Position numbers and translations under genes: made by a program. The notes below the pieces were generated by a model that saw nothing but the letters and a program-made list of their open reading frames with translations, was not told the DNA's origin and searched no databases. Source: an uncultured Smithella sp. (GTDB lineage Bacteria > Desulfobacterota > Syntrophia > Syntrophales > Smithellaceae). From it: 61,939 nucleotides of DNA. This document shows positions 46,232-55,946 of this stretch, one piece after another (the stretch's first letter is position 1; each line of letters opens with the position of its first letter). The stretch covers positions 1 to 61,939 of the forward strand of contig CAZYIE010000005.1 of the NCBI GenBank assembly GCA_964646755.1. Direction: 5' to 3'.

Positions 46232-48151
46232 ATGAATGATGAAATGAGCCAGATTCTCAAAGGCTGGCGAGATATTTATCCGGAGAAGTTTGCGCCGGAG
46301 GAGAAAGTATTCAGCCGGATTCGTCGGGGAAACCGGATTTTTATTTCTACAGGCTGTGGTGAACCCCAGTATCTGGTGCGCGCCCTCATCAATTATGTGG
46401 AATCCAACCCCACGGCCTTCTTCGATGCAGAAGTTCTCCATGTCTGGACATTGGGTGTAGCTCCCTACACAAATGTAAAATTCAAGGCAAACTTCCGTCA
46501 TAATTCCTTTTTTGTCGGCCATCCGACCCGGGAAGCCGTCAATGGGGGGCTAGCCGACTACACACCGGTTTTTCTCTCCCAAGTGCCCAATCTCCTGCGC
46601 CGGGGGATGGTTCCGATTGATGTGGCCTTAATCCAGACAGCGCCGCCGGACAAACACGGCTGGATGAGTCTGGGCGTCAGTGTGGATATTGTTAAGGCTG
46701 CTACGGAATCTGCGGGCATTGTCATAGCTCAGGTCAACCAACAGATGCCGCGAGTCCACGGCGACGGCTTTATCCGCATAGAGGACACCGATTTTATCAT
46801 CCCCTACGACGAACCCCTGCTGGAATACGATGCAGGAGAGAATTTCGATGCTGCCGAGCAGATCGGCCATTATGTTGCCGAACTCATCCGGGATGGAGAC
46901 ACAATACAGGTCGGCTACGGGATAATCCCGAATGCCCTCTTTTCCAGTCTGTCGCAGAAAAAACACCTGGGTGTCCATACAGAGTTATTGTCCGACGGCA
47001 TTGTCGAGCTGATGAAAAAAGGAGTTATAGACAACGCCCGCAAGACCATCAACCGGGGAAAGACGATTGCCTCCTTCTGCATGGGAAAACGTGAGACCTA
47101 TGAATATATTGATGACAATCCATTTATTGAGTTCAAAACCATCGACTATACAAACAATCCTCTGATCATCGCCCAGAATGAAAATATGACAGCCATCAAT
47201 ACCGGACTGGAGATTGACCTGACCGGTCAAGCTACGGCAGAGTCCCTGGGTAAGACCTTCTACAGCGGAATCGGCGGTCAAGCGGACTTCATGCGCGGGA
47301 CGGTGCTTGCCCGCAACGGCCGGACTATCCTGGCCATTCTATCCACAGCCGACCATGGCAGAGTTTCCCGAATTGTACCCTTTCTCCGGGAAGGAGCGGG
47401 AACTTCCCTGATCCGGGGAGACATCCATTATGTTGTCACGGAATATGGTATCGCCTATCTGCATGGGAAAAATATCCGGGAGCGGGCCATGGAACTCATC
47501 GCCATTGCCCACCCTGATTTCCGGCCCGGTCTCATTGAAGAGGCGCGGCAGGGCGGATTAATCTACCGGGATCAGAAGTTCGTCCCGGGACAAAGCGGAG
47601 AATACCGGAAAGACCTTGAGACCTACCGGACAACAAAGAGTGGAGCAGAGATTTTCTTCCGTCCGGTCAAAATCAGTGACGAACCTCTGCTCAAAGAATT
47701 TATCTATTCACTTTCTGACCGGAGCATGCACCGCCGATTTATTTCGCTGCGCAAGGACATGCATCACGACCGGCTTCAGGAGTTCGTGATCATCGACCAC
47801 ACAAAAAAGACTGTGATTCTGGCAATGAGCCAACAAGGAGCAAAAAACATACTAGTCGGAGTGGGCGAATACGTAATTAAAGAGGAGGCGCACACGGCGG
47901 ATGTAGCCTTTATGGTCCGGGACGAATACCAGAACAGGGGAATAGGGACAGAATTGCTGCATTATCTGACGTATCTGGCCAAACGGCAAGGCCTTTTGGG
48001 CTTCACGGCTTCAGTTATCATGGAAAACGAGCCCATGCTCCATGTCTTTCGGAAATTGGGGGCGGATATTGAAACCACCATTGAAACAGGCTTTCTAGAA
48101 TTGAAGATGATGTTTTTGGAGAAGAACTTGCATTCAGGAGAAGATAATTAG
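46232..48151 (+). CDS. Acetyl-CoA hydrolase/CoA-transferase family protein fused to a C-terminal GNAT domain
   Basis: CGEPQ, QVGYG, HLGVHTE, SGIGGQADF and VVTEYG motifs; C-terminal VAFMVRDEYQNRGIGT acetyl-CoA-binding motif. Confidence 0.88.
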   Translation: MNDEMSQILKGWRDIYPEKFAPEEKVFSRIRRGNRIFISTGCGEPQYLVRALINYVESNPTAFFDAEVLHVWTLGVAPYTNVKFKANFRHNSFFVGHPTREAVNGGLADYTPVFLSQVPNLLRRGMVPIDVALIQTAPPDKHGWMSLGVSVDIVKAATESAGIVIAQVNQQMPRVHGDGFIRIEDTDFIIPYDEPLLEYDAGENFDAAEQIGHYVAELIRDGDTIQVGYGIIPNALFSSLSQKKHLGVHTELLSDGIVELMKKGVIDNARKTINRGKTIASFCMGKRETYEYIDDNPFIEFKTIDYTNNPLIIAQNENMTAINTGLEIDLTGQATAESLGKTFYSGIGGQADFMRGTVLARNGRTILAILSTADHGRVSRIVPFLREGAGTSLIRGDIHYVVTEYGIAYLHGKNIRERAMELIAIAHPDFRPGLIEEARQGGLIYRDQKFVPGQSGEYRKDLETYRTTKSGAEIFFRPVKISDEPLLKEFIYSLSDRSMHRRFISLRKDMHHDRLQEFVIIDHTKKTVILAMSQQGAKNILVGVGEYVIKEEAHTADVAFMVRDEYQNRGIGTELLHYLTYLAKRQGLLGFTASVIMENEPMLHVFRKLGADIETTIETGFLELKMMFLEKNLHSGEDN

Positions 48152-48268
48152 TCATTGCAAGTCCGTCACGGGGGAGATTCTTACCTCATCCGGATAGCTT
48201 TTCATAACCGGAAATTGATTCCTCTTCGCCCTCAAGGGATCGCAATTTTCAATCGTTTGTGAAGAGAA

Positions 48269-49189
48269 TCAGCAGTGCTGATCGAGCCATTGAATTACAT
48301 CAGCGGTAACAATATCTCTGTTTATTTCATTGAGCATTTCGTGGCGGCCATCTTCGTAAAACTTAAAGCTCAAGTCGGCGATGCCGAGTTTTTGATATAT
48401 TTGAATTAATTTTTTAACTCCTGCGGTATTCGCTCCGACCGGATCTTTTCCACCGGAAAAAAAATACAGAGGCAAGTTTTTGGGAATCTTGAGCAACTGA
48501 TCCGGATTATTAATCTGCCGCAAAAATTTTACTAGATCAAAGAAAAAGGCCGCCGGGAAAATCCCGCCGCAAAAGGGATCGGCAATATATTTGTCAACTT
48601 CTTTTTCATCACGGCTCAACCAGTCAAAATCAGTGCGGGCCGGCTGAAATTGTTTATTAAAACTGCCGAAGCTCAGGGTGTTCAGAAGATTGCTTCTTCC
48701 AGTTTTCCCAACCCGTAATTTTTCGAGATATGCCACACCCTGACCAATAAAAGTCATGAGATCAGCGGGGCCCGCCGCCCCTGATAATATTGCCCCTTTT
48801 AATTGGCCGCCCCAGCGGGCAATATATCCTTGTGCTAAAAAAGAACCCATACTGTGTCCGAGAAAAAAAACTGGAGCAGCCGGATTTTCTTCTTTTATAA
48901 TTCCCGACAACTGGCGAAGATCGCCCAGCATCCGGTTGAATGTGTCTGGTCCGGTTTCGCCGGCATGCGCCGGATCTTTGATGGTCTTACCGTGACCACG
49001 TTGATCGGCGGCATAAACCGCATAGCCATTTTTTGTTAATATGGAGGCAAAGCGTTCATAACGGCCGGCGGTTTCCGCCATCCCGTGGCATATATTGATT
49101 GCTGCTTTTATTTTATTTTCCGGCCGCCATTGATAAACGTATATTTCTGTTGTGTCCGGAGCACGAAATGTAAAGTCCTTCTGGATCAT
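48269..49189 (-). CDS. Alpha/beta hydrolase (lysophospholipase/monoacylglycerol lipase family)
   Basis: HGMAE, DQRGHG, GHSMG nucleophile elbow, GGKDP and GRHEMLNE motifs; ATG overlaps the upstream stop. Confidence 0.88.
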   Translation of the reverse strand: MIQKDFTFRAPDTTEIYVYQWRPENKIKAAINICHGMAETAGRYERFASILTKNGYAVYAADQRGHGKTIKDPAHAGETGPDTFNRMLGDLRQLSGIIKEENPAAPVFFLGHSMGSFLAQGYIARWGGQLKGAILSGAAGPADLMTFIGQGVAYLEKLRVGKTGRSNLLNTLSFGSFNKQFQPARTDFDWLSRDEKEVDKYIADPFCGGIFPAAFFFDLVKFLRQINNPDQLLKIPKNLPLYFFSGGKDPVGANTAGVKKLIQIYQKLGIADLSFKFYEDGRHEMLNEINRDIVTADVIQWLDQHC

Positions 49190-49854
49190 GCCTTCCCCCC
49201 GCAAAAAGCCGCACGATTCATGTATCTGCCACAGATTTCATCAACTGGCTCCAGACAGAGACATTTTAAATATGCTTTAATAAAGCCTCGGAGAAAAACT
49301 GCTGCCGGTAATGTCTGCGCATCATCTTCTTCGATCCCCTGTAAATAATCAATGCGTATCTTTGTTTCCTGGGCGATGTGTTCCAAGGGCACTGCCAGTT
49401 CATTTCTAATCATCTGGAGATCAGGGCCGCTTACTTCCTCACGGGAAAGTATTTCGCTGATAAATTGATTTTCAATAACTTTTGCCCGCAAGGCAACAGT
49501 GGCATTTTTCAGAGTTCCGGTCTTGCCCTGCGCCCGGTTAATATCAAAAATACTCACCGGTGTCTTAACAATTGGTTTCTTTGCTGACTCATCGAGAAGC
49601 CCCAACCGGATGAGTTCATCATCGTAGTCTTGTCTTTTCTTTTCATTAATCAGTGTAATGTAAGCGTTTTCCAGCAGACCAAGTATTTCTTGTCTTTCAT
49701 CCGGGGAAAAAAAAGAATAACTAATCAGAGAATCTGTTTGATATAGATGCAAAGCAGCATTATAGGCATGACGAATTTCAAACAATGTGGCATCCGGTTT
49801 TAAATCCAGCATTTCATAATAATTCTGCCGGCCAAATTTTTTGTCCATTTCCAC
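49186..49854 (-). CDS. J-domain-like N-terminus (no HPD) plus C-terminal RodZ-like HTH protein
   Basis: NYYEMLDL..DAT..EIRHAY...NAYITL...RQDYD J-like pattern; IAQETKIRIDYLQGIE...PAAVFLRGFIKAY HTH pattern. Confidence 0.7.
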   Translation of the reverse strand: MEMDKKFGRQNYYEMLDLKPDATLFEIRHAYNAALHLYQTDSLISYSFFSPDERQEILGLLENAYITLINEKKRQDYDDELIRLGLLDESAKKPIVKTPVSIFDINRAQGKTGTLKNATVALRAKVIENQFISEILSREEVSGPDLQMIRNELAVPLEHIAQETKIRIDYLQGIEEDDAQTLPAAVFLRGFIKAYLKCLCLEPVDEICGRYMNRAAFCGGKA

Positions 49855-49900
49855 TCCCTGGTACTTTTTCCCGTAACTTTTTTTACCACCGGGAAAATAT

Positions 49901-50821
49901 TTAAGAATAGTTGATCATCAACTGATCGCCGGCGGAATAAATAATGTGCTTGCTGAGATCACGCAAATCACCCGCTGTCTTGGTATAAGGATAGCGATCG
50001 GCAAATGAAACCCGCTGACAGATGGCATCATGGACATGTTCATCGTAAGCAATGTTCCCGGAAAAATCGATCTTGAGTCCAAGATGTTTTTCAATGAGCT
50101 TGCAAATCAGCGGGCCTAATCCCGCATCATCCTGTTTACGCAGTTGATTAAGAACGAGCTTAAATTTATAATTGGCAAAATCATTATCCAGTTTAATAAC
50201 TGTTTCCGGATATTGTTTTTCAACCATTTGCATTATACATTCCGGCTTGTTGTAAGCACCACTGCCAAATAAATGAACAGCTTGTTCTTCCAGCCCTTTA
50301 AAATCCGACACGGTAAAATATTGACGGATCCGGCGGAAATAAATAGATCGGATCAGTCTGTAAACATTTTCAATAGAAGTAGGTTCCGGCGTGGTTACAA
50401 AAATACCGTTCTGTGAGATCAGAAAAAAATCAAGAGTGTTGAAAGAAGTCCCTGCACCAAGATCGAGCAAAATACAGTCAAAGTTCAACTTCGCGATGGC
50501 CCTCATAGTTTTTATTTTTTGTTCATAAGGAAGATTGGCAATATCCATGGTGTCATTAGCGCCGCTGATCAGGAAAAGATTAGTTACAGGCGTTTCCAGA
50601 ACAATACTGTCGAGAGTGGGATATTTTTTTCGAATGAAATCGGAAAGGCTTTTAACAGGATAAGAAACGTTCAGCAAGGTGTGAAGATTTGCCGCACCCA
50701 GGTCAAGATCAATCAGGAGAGTCTTTTTACCTAATCCAGCCAAAAGGCGTCCCAAGGCACAAGTTAAAAAACTTTTACCCGAACCGCCTTTACCACCACC
50801 AATTGGCCAGATATGAGCCAT
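49901..50821 (-). CDS. MinD/FlhG-like (ParA-family) ATPase
   Basis: Deviant Walker A GGKGGSGKS; IDLDLGAANL; LDLGAG; TTPEPTSIEN. Start could alternatively be 50857. Confidence 0.85.
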   Translation of the reverse strand: MAHIWPIGGGKGGSGKSFLTCALGRLLAGLGKKTLLIDLDLGAANLHTLLNVSYPVKSLSDFIRKKYPTLDSIVLETPVTNLFLISGANDTMDIANLPYEQKIKTMRAIAKLNFDCILLDLGAGTSFNTLDFFLISQNGIFVTTPEPTSIENVYRLIRSIYFRRIRQYFTVSDFKGLEEQAVHLFGSGAYNKPECIMQMVEKQYPETVIKLDNDFANYKFKLVLNQLRKQDDAGLGPLICKLIEKHLGLKIDFSGNIAYDEHVHDAICQRVSFADRYPYTKTAGDLRDLSKHIIYSAGDQLMINYS

Positions 50822-50989
50822 AAGCCATCCGCCCTGTATTTTTATAATTTCATACATGATAAATTAATAATATTCAAGCATTATGTTAAATTCAGACAAC
50901 GGAATATTGAGGATTGATAACTTTCTTGACATCTGCATATTTTCTCCATACAAATACAGGCAATCAAATTTATATAATGCGGATTTGCC

Positions 50990-52321
50990 ATGATTGATCG
51001 TGAACCGGAAATTAAAGTCGCTCTGTTGCAGAATTATCGCGAATCTACAATAACTTTAAATGGGAACTTTTATCTTTCCAAAAATAAGACTGTCACAGAT
51101 GTTCTTAGCGTTGCGAGCAGCGCCGGAAAGGTTATTCTGAGCAATGCATCGGGAGATAAATTAGCCTCGCGAAAAAAAATATTTCTTAAGGCGGGCGAGA
51201 ATTCAACCTTCACTTTGGATGTAAAAATAGGCATTGGCTTTCACTGGCAGCGCATTTGCCGGCAGACATTTTGCGGCAACATAATTTTGCTCAGCAATCC
51301 CGATTTCTCTTTCCATATTATCAATATTATCCCGCTGGAAGATTATCTCACCTCTGTCATTTCCTCGGAAATGTCGGCACAGGCCCCGCTGGAGTTTTTA
51401 AAAGCTCAGGCTATTACAGCCCGTAGTTGGCTTGTCGCCATGCTTACACGAAAAAAAGGAAAAGCCAATTCTAATTCTCTCCCTAATTACCAAACAGACG
51501 ATAAGGGAATAATCCGCTGGCACGATACTAACGACCATGCTTTTTTCGATGTCTGCGCCGATGACCATTGTCAGCGTTACCAAGGAATCTCACAGATTAC
51601 CTCCGCCGATGTAGAGACGGCTATTGGGTCAACACGAGGCGTTTATTTAGTTGCTAATAATAAAATTTGTGATGCCCGCTATTATAAGGCCTGCGGCGGG
51701 CGAACAGAAATTTTCGCATCAGCCTGGGAAGACAAGACATTTACTTATCTCCAAAGCGTGACTGATTATTCCACCGATTATCCTGCTATTGCTTCTGAGG
51801 ATAATGCAGGAATTTGGTTGAGGGACAAACCGGCGGCTTACTGTAATACTCAGGATAAAGAGTTGCTTGGTAAAATCTTGCCTTCCTTTGATCAGGAAAC
51901 AATGAATTTTTACCGCTGGCAGGTCAGCTACTCCCGGAAAGAATTAGAAGAAATTATTCAGAAAAAATCCGGCATTGATTTCGGCACATTGCGCAATCTT
52001 ACCCCGGTAAAACGCGGCCCTTCCGGTAGAATAAGTAAATTAAAAATTGAAGGCACAAAACGAACCGTCATAGTTGGCAAGGAATTGGAAATCCGCAGCT
52101 GGCTGTCGCCTAGCCACCTTTTAAGCAGCGCGTTTGTGGTTACGGCAGAGCATTCTCCGGATGGCGCAGCTGAGCGTTTTATTCTGGATGGCGGCGGGTG
52201 GGGGCATGGCGTCGGTCTATGCCAGATTGGAGCAGCCGTAATGGCGGCAAAGGGATTTTGCGCCGAAGATATTCTTGCTCATTACTTTTCCGGCGCCAAA
52301 CTGCAGAAACTCTATAAATAA
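50990..52321 (+). CDS. SpoIID/LytB-domain protein (lytic transglycosylase-like)
   Basis: LEDYLTSVISSEM (catalytic Glu), KAQAITARS, DVCADDHCQRYQG and GWGHGVGLCQIGA motifs. Confidence 0.88.
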   Translation: MIDREPEIKVALLQNYRESTITLNGNFYLSKNKTVTDVLSVASSAGKVILSNASGDKLASRKKIFLKAGENSTFTLDVKIGIGFHWQRICRQTFCGNIILLSNPDFSFHIINIIPLEDYLTSVISSEMSAQAPLEFLKAQAITARSWLVAMLTRKKGKANSNSLPNYQTDDKGIIRWHDTNDHAFFDVCADDHCQRYQGISQITSADVETAIGSTRGVYLVANNKICDARYYKACGGRTEIFASAWEDKTFTYLQSVTDYSTDYPAIASEDNAGIWLRDKPAAYCNTQDKELLGKILPSFDQETMNFYRWQVSYSRKELEEIIQKKSGIDFGTLRNLTPVKRGPSGRISKLKIEGTKRTVIVGKELEIRSWLSPSHLLSSAFVVTAEHSPDGAAERFILDGGGWGHGVGLCQIGAAVMAAKGFCAEDILAHYFSGAKLQKLYK

Positions 52322-52323
52322 TT

Positions 52324-52749
52324 ATGCAGAAACAGTTGTTGCAAAAAATACAAATAGTTTTTGTTCTGGCGCTTATTCTGGTCATTGCCGCCTGCTCGGC
52401 GCAGAGGCAGCAGACTCTACGCAACGAAAGAGACTATCAGGAAGCTTTCAACAAGGTTTATTTTGGCGGCCGAGCTCAAATGGAAGTACCGGTAAAATAC
52501 GGCCGGGTTGATCTTTTAACCGATGATTATGCCATTGAGGTGGACAGGCTGGAAAAATTCCACGAAGCAATCGGCCAGGCTCTGCACTATGCCCGAGAAA
52601 CCGGCCGGAATCCGGCCGTCGCCATCTTTATTATGGATCATGAACCGGGCGACAAGGAAAAGTTGAAATACGTGAGGTGGCTTTGCGATTATTATAAAAT
52701 CAAATTCTGGTATATCAACGAAGAACTGAAAAAATCAAAAAAGAAATAA
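52324..52749 (+). CDS. Predicted lipoprotein with a PD-(D/E)xK-like nuclease-fold pattern
   Basis: IAAC lipobox after a hydrophobic signal; E...GRVDLL...IEVD...EAIGQALHY pattern. Confidence 0.55.
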   Translation: MQKQLLQKIQIVFVLALILVIAACSAQRQQTLRNERDYQEAFNKVYFGGRAQMEVPVKYGRVDLLTDDYAIEVDRLEKFHEAIGQALHYARETGRNPAVAIFIMDHEPGDKEKLKYVRWLCDYYKIKFWYINEELKKSKKK

Positions 52750-52785
52750 AGTTTGATTGCCAATAGGCGTTGATTAAGGACTTTC

Positions 52786-54072
52786 ATGCCAACATCCAAC
52801 GATAAAACAACAACGAATCGAAATCCCTGGGCCTGGGTGCCTTCCATCTACATCGCAGAAGGCATTCCCTACATGATTGCCATGACCGTTAGCGTCATGC
52901 TTTATAAAGACCTGGGGTTGACGAACACCGATATCGCCTTTTACACCAGCTGGCTTTATCTGCCCTGGGTGATTAAACCTCTTTGGAGTCCCTTTGTCGA
53001 TCTTTTTCGCACCAAGCGTTTTTGGATTGTCCTCATGCAACTGGCCATCGGTGCATCATTTGCCAGCGTTGCCTTGACGCTGCCCGCGTCAGATTTTGTC
53101 CGCTACACACTGGCGATGTTCTGGATAATGGCCTTTTCTTCCGCCACGCATGATATTGCCGCCGACGGTTTTTACATGTTGGGGCTCGATACGCCTCAAC
53201 AGGCGGCGTTTGTCGGTGTACGCACGGTTTTTTACCGTGTCGCCACCATTGCTTCCAAAGGGGGCCTGGTTATCCTTGCCGGGAGTTTGCAAATGTCCGG
53301 CTATCCGGTGACTTCCGCCTGGTCGATCACATTTCTGGTTGCCGCCTCAGTTTTTCTGGCTCTTTGTCTGTACCACTTCTTTGTCCTGCCTTATCCCGCA
53401 GCTGATCACCGAGCACGGCTGGACAAGGGTAAGGGATTTCTGGCGGAGTACTTCCGGATCATTTCCTTGTTTTTCCGGCAAAAAGATATCATCATTATTA
53501 TCTGCTTTTTTTTATTTTACCGGTTGGCCGAAGCGCAGCTGGTAAAGATGGTTGTTCCCTTTCTGCGCGACTCCCGAAACATCGGCGGCCTGGGTTTACC
53601 CACTGCGGAAATCGGCTGGATTTACGGCACGGTGGGTGTGGTAGCCCTCATGCTGGGCGGACTGTTGGGTGGCTTTGTTATTTACCGCAACGGTTTGAAA
53701 TTCTGGCTCTGGCCCATGGTTATTATCATGCATGTGCCCGATCTGATTTTTGTCTATCTGGCGTACGCGCAGCCGGAAAATGTTTGGCTGATCTGCTCCG
53801 CTGTGGCAGTGGAGCAAGCAGGCTACGGTTTCGGCTTTACCGCTTACACGATGTACATGATCATGGTCTCGCAGGGTGAATACAAAACGGTCTTTTACGC
53901 GATGGGCACCGGTATCATGGCCCTCGGTATGATGCTGCCCGCAATGGCCAGCGGCTGGATTCAGGATCATCTGGGATATATAAATTTCTATTACTGGATT
54001 TTATTTACCACCATCCCCGGCTTTATCGTCGCCGCGCTGGTGAAGATTGATCCAGAGTATGGGAAAAAATAA
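52786..54072 (+). CDS. AmpG-family MFS transporter
   Basis: About 12 TM segments; LPWVIKPLWSPFVD and SATHDIAADG AmpG motifs. Confidence 0.85.
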   Translation: MPTSNDKTTTNRNPWAWVPSIYIAEGIPYMIAMTVSVMLYKDLGLTNTDIAFYTSWLYLPWVIKPLWSPFVDLFRTKRFWIVLMQLAIGASFASVALTLPASDFVRYTLAMFWIMAFSSATHDIAADGFYMLGLDTPQQAAFVGVRTVFYRVATIASKGGLVILAGSLQMSGYPVTSAWSITFLVAASVFLALCLYHFFVLPYPAADHRARLDKGKGFLAEYFRIISLFFRQKDIIIIICFFLFYRLAEAQLVKMVVPFLRDSRNIGGLGLPTAEIGWIYGTVGVVALMLGGLLGGFVIYRNGLKFWLWPMVIIMHVPDLIFVYLAYAQPENVWLICSAVAVEQAGYGFGFTAYTMYMIMVSQGEYKTVFYAMGTGIMALGMMLPAMASGWIQDHLGYINFYYWILFTTIPGFIVAALVKIDPEYGKK

Positions 54073-54110
54073 TATTATCAACAACCAAAACAATATAGAG
54101 GAGGTGTTCA

Positions 54111-55103
54111 ATGTTTAAAACTGCAATTACGGAAATGTTCGGCATTAAGTATCCCATAATCTGTGGAGCGATGATGTGGCTGTGTAAACCGCGTTTTTGC
54201 GCTGCTGTTTCCAACGCCGGGGGCATGGGTAATCTGACTGCGGGCAATTATGAAACAGCCGATGAATTTCGCGCGGCGATCCGCGAGACCCGCAAGCTTA
54301 CGGATAAACCCTTTATGATAGCGATTACGCTCCTGCCTTCCGTCCGGATTACGCCGGAACATCATAAAATGTATATTACCGTCTGCGCGGAAGAAAAAGT
54401 CGCGGGCATCGAGTTTTCCGGTACGCCGGTGGATAAAGTCGCAGGCATGGGAGCCGTCGAAATGTTGCAAAAAGCGGAAGTAAAGATGTTCCATAAAGTC
54501 GGAGCACTACGCCATGCGTTGCATGCCGAAAAGATCGGCTTCGATGGTATCTATGCGGCGGGCATTGAAGAAGGGGGACATCCGTTAAATGATGATGTAA
54601 CTTCCATGATACTGACGCCCAAAATTGCGCAAACTGTGAAAATTCCGGTAGTAACTGTCGGCGGCATTGCCGATGGCCGGACCATGGCGGCAGCGCTTGC
54701 TTTAGGAGCGCAGGGTGTCATGATGGCCAGCCGCTTTATCGCCACAAAAGAATGTGAAGTGCATAACAACATCAAACAGGAGTTAATTCGCCGGCAGGAA
54801 TTCGATACGGTGATCTATGGAAAATCAATCGGGCTGCAGGGGCGCGGATTGAAGTCCAAAGTCCTGGAAGAAGTCCTGGCAATTGAAGAAAGGCACGGCG
54901 GTTTTGAAGAGCTGATTCCCCTGCTGGCCGGTCAGAAAGTCAAAGAAGCTTGGGAAAATGGTGATGTGAACTACGCGCCGCTCATGGTCGGTCAGTCCAT
55001 CGGCCTGATTAATGACATTCCGTCCTGTAAAGAATTACTGGAGAGAATGGCAGTGGAGGCGAAGGATAGTTTATCTCGGGCAAGCAACATCTGCAATGCT
55101 TAA
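54111..55103 (+). CDS. Nitronate monooxygenase/FabK-like FMN oxidoreductase (second paralog)
   Basis: ITEMFGIKYPII, VSNAGGMG, EEGGH, GGIADGR and MASRF motifs. Confidence 0.85.
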   Translation: MFKTAITEMFGIKYPIICGAMMWLCKPRFCAAVSNAGGMGNLTAGNYETADEFRAAIRETRKLTDKPFMIAITLLPSVRITPEHHKMYITVCAEEKVAGIEFSGTPVDKVAGMGAVEMLQKAEVKMFHKVGALRHALHAEKIGFDGIYAAGIEEGGHPLNDDVTSMILTPKIAQTVKIPVVTVGGIADGRTMAAALALGAQGVMMASRFIATKECEVHNNIKQELIRRQEFDTVIYGKSIGLQGRGLKSKVLEEVLAIEERHGGFEELIPLLAGQKVKEAWENGDVNYAPLMVGQSIGLINDIPSCKELLERMAVEAKDSLSRASNICNA

Positions 55104-55241
55104 TAACTGATAGCCTTTGTAACATTTGTAATTTCAGGTCGCGATAATCCAGGAATCGGAGCATCGCATTCCCGTCAATGCCTGATGATATAGAGACCAA
55201 ATTTTATTGACATATCAGAACGGGGCAAATATAGTTTATGC

Positions 55242-55946
55242 ATGATTGAACTAAACACCGTAACCAAACAATATGGTTCCCTTGCGGCTGTGGACAATGT
55301 CTCCTTTTCCGTGAAGACTGGCGAATATTTTGCCCTTCTCGGCCCAAATGGTGCAGGAAAGACAACCATAGTCAAGATGCTGCTGGACTTTACACAGCCG
55401 ACAGCGGGCAGCTTGTCGATAAACGGTCTTCCCTCCACGGATGTGGTCTGCCGTACCACAGTCGGTTATCTTGCGGAAAACCATCATATTCCGCCGCATC
55501 TTTCCGGATGGCAATATCTGCAACGGTGCACCGAGCTATTGGGTATCAGCCAAAACGATGCGCCGGAGCAATGCCGGCGCATCGTCGAGCAAATCGGTAT
55601 GCAAGGCCGGGAACACACTCAAGCAAGCACTTATTCCAAGGGTATGATTCAAAGGTTTGGACTCGGCGCCGCACTAATCGGCAGGCCGCAACTGCTCATT
55701 CTCGATGAGCCCACCTCCGGCCTTGATCCCATCGGAATTCGCGAAATACGCCAGCTATTAGAATCGTTGAAAAATCAGGGAATGACAATCTTCCTCAATT
55801 CTCACCTGTTGTCGGAAGTGGAAAAAATATGCGATAACGCCGCCATCATCAATCGCGGCAGGCTTCTGGTGAAGGACAAAATTTCCGTACTGGTCAAAGA
55901 TGGCGAAACGCTGGAAGATGTGTTTGTCCGGTTGGTGAAAGGTTGA
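55242..55946 (+). CDS. ABC transporter ATP-binding subunit (exporter type)
   Basis: GPNGAGKTT, YSKGM, LILDEPT and NSH motifs. Confidence 0.92.
   Translation: MIELNTVTKQYGSLAAVDNVSFSVKTGEYFALLGPNGAGKTTIVKMLLDFTQPTAGSLSINGLPSTDVVCRTTVGYLAENHHIPPHLSGWQYLQRCTELLGISQNDAPEQCRRIVEQIGMQGREHTQASTYSKGMIQRFGLGAALIGRPQLLILDEPTSGLDPIGIREIRQLLESLKNQGMTIFLNSHLLSEVEKICDNAAIINRGRLLVKDKISVLVKDGETLEDVFVRLVKG

Noticed and set aside
48152-48250. Degenerate GTCATTGC-type palindromic element
   Set aside because: Only fragments of the family pattern remain; boundaries cannot be defined.
49901-50821. Flagellar regulator FlhG/FleN call
   Set aside because: No flhF, fliA or other flagellar genes in context; kept as MinD/ParA family.
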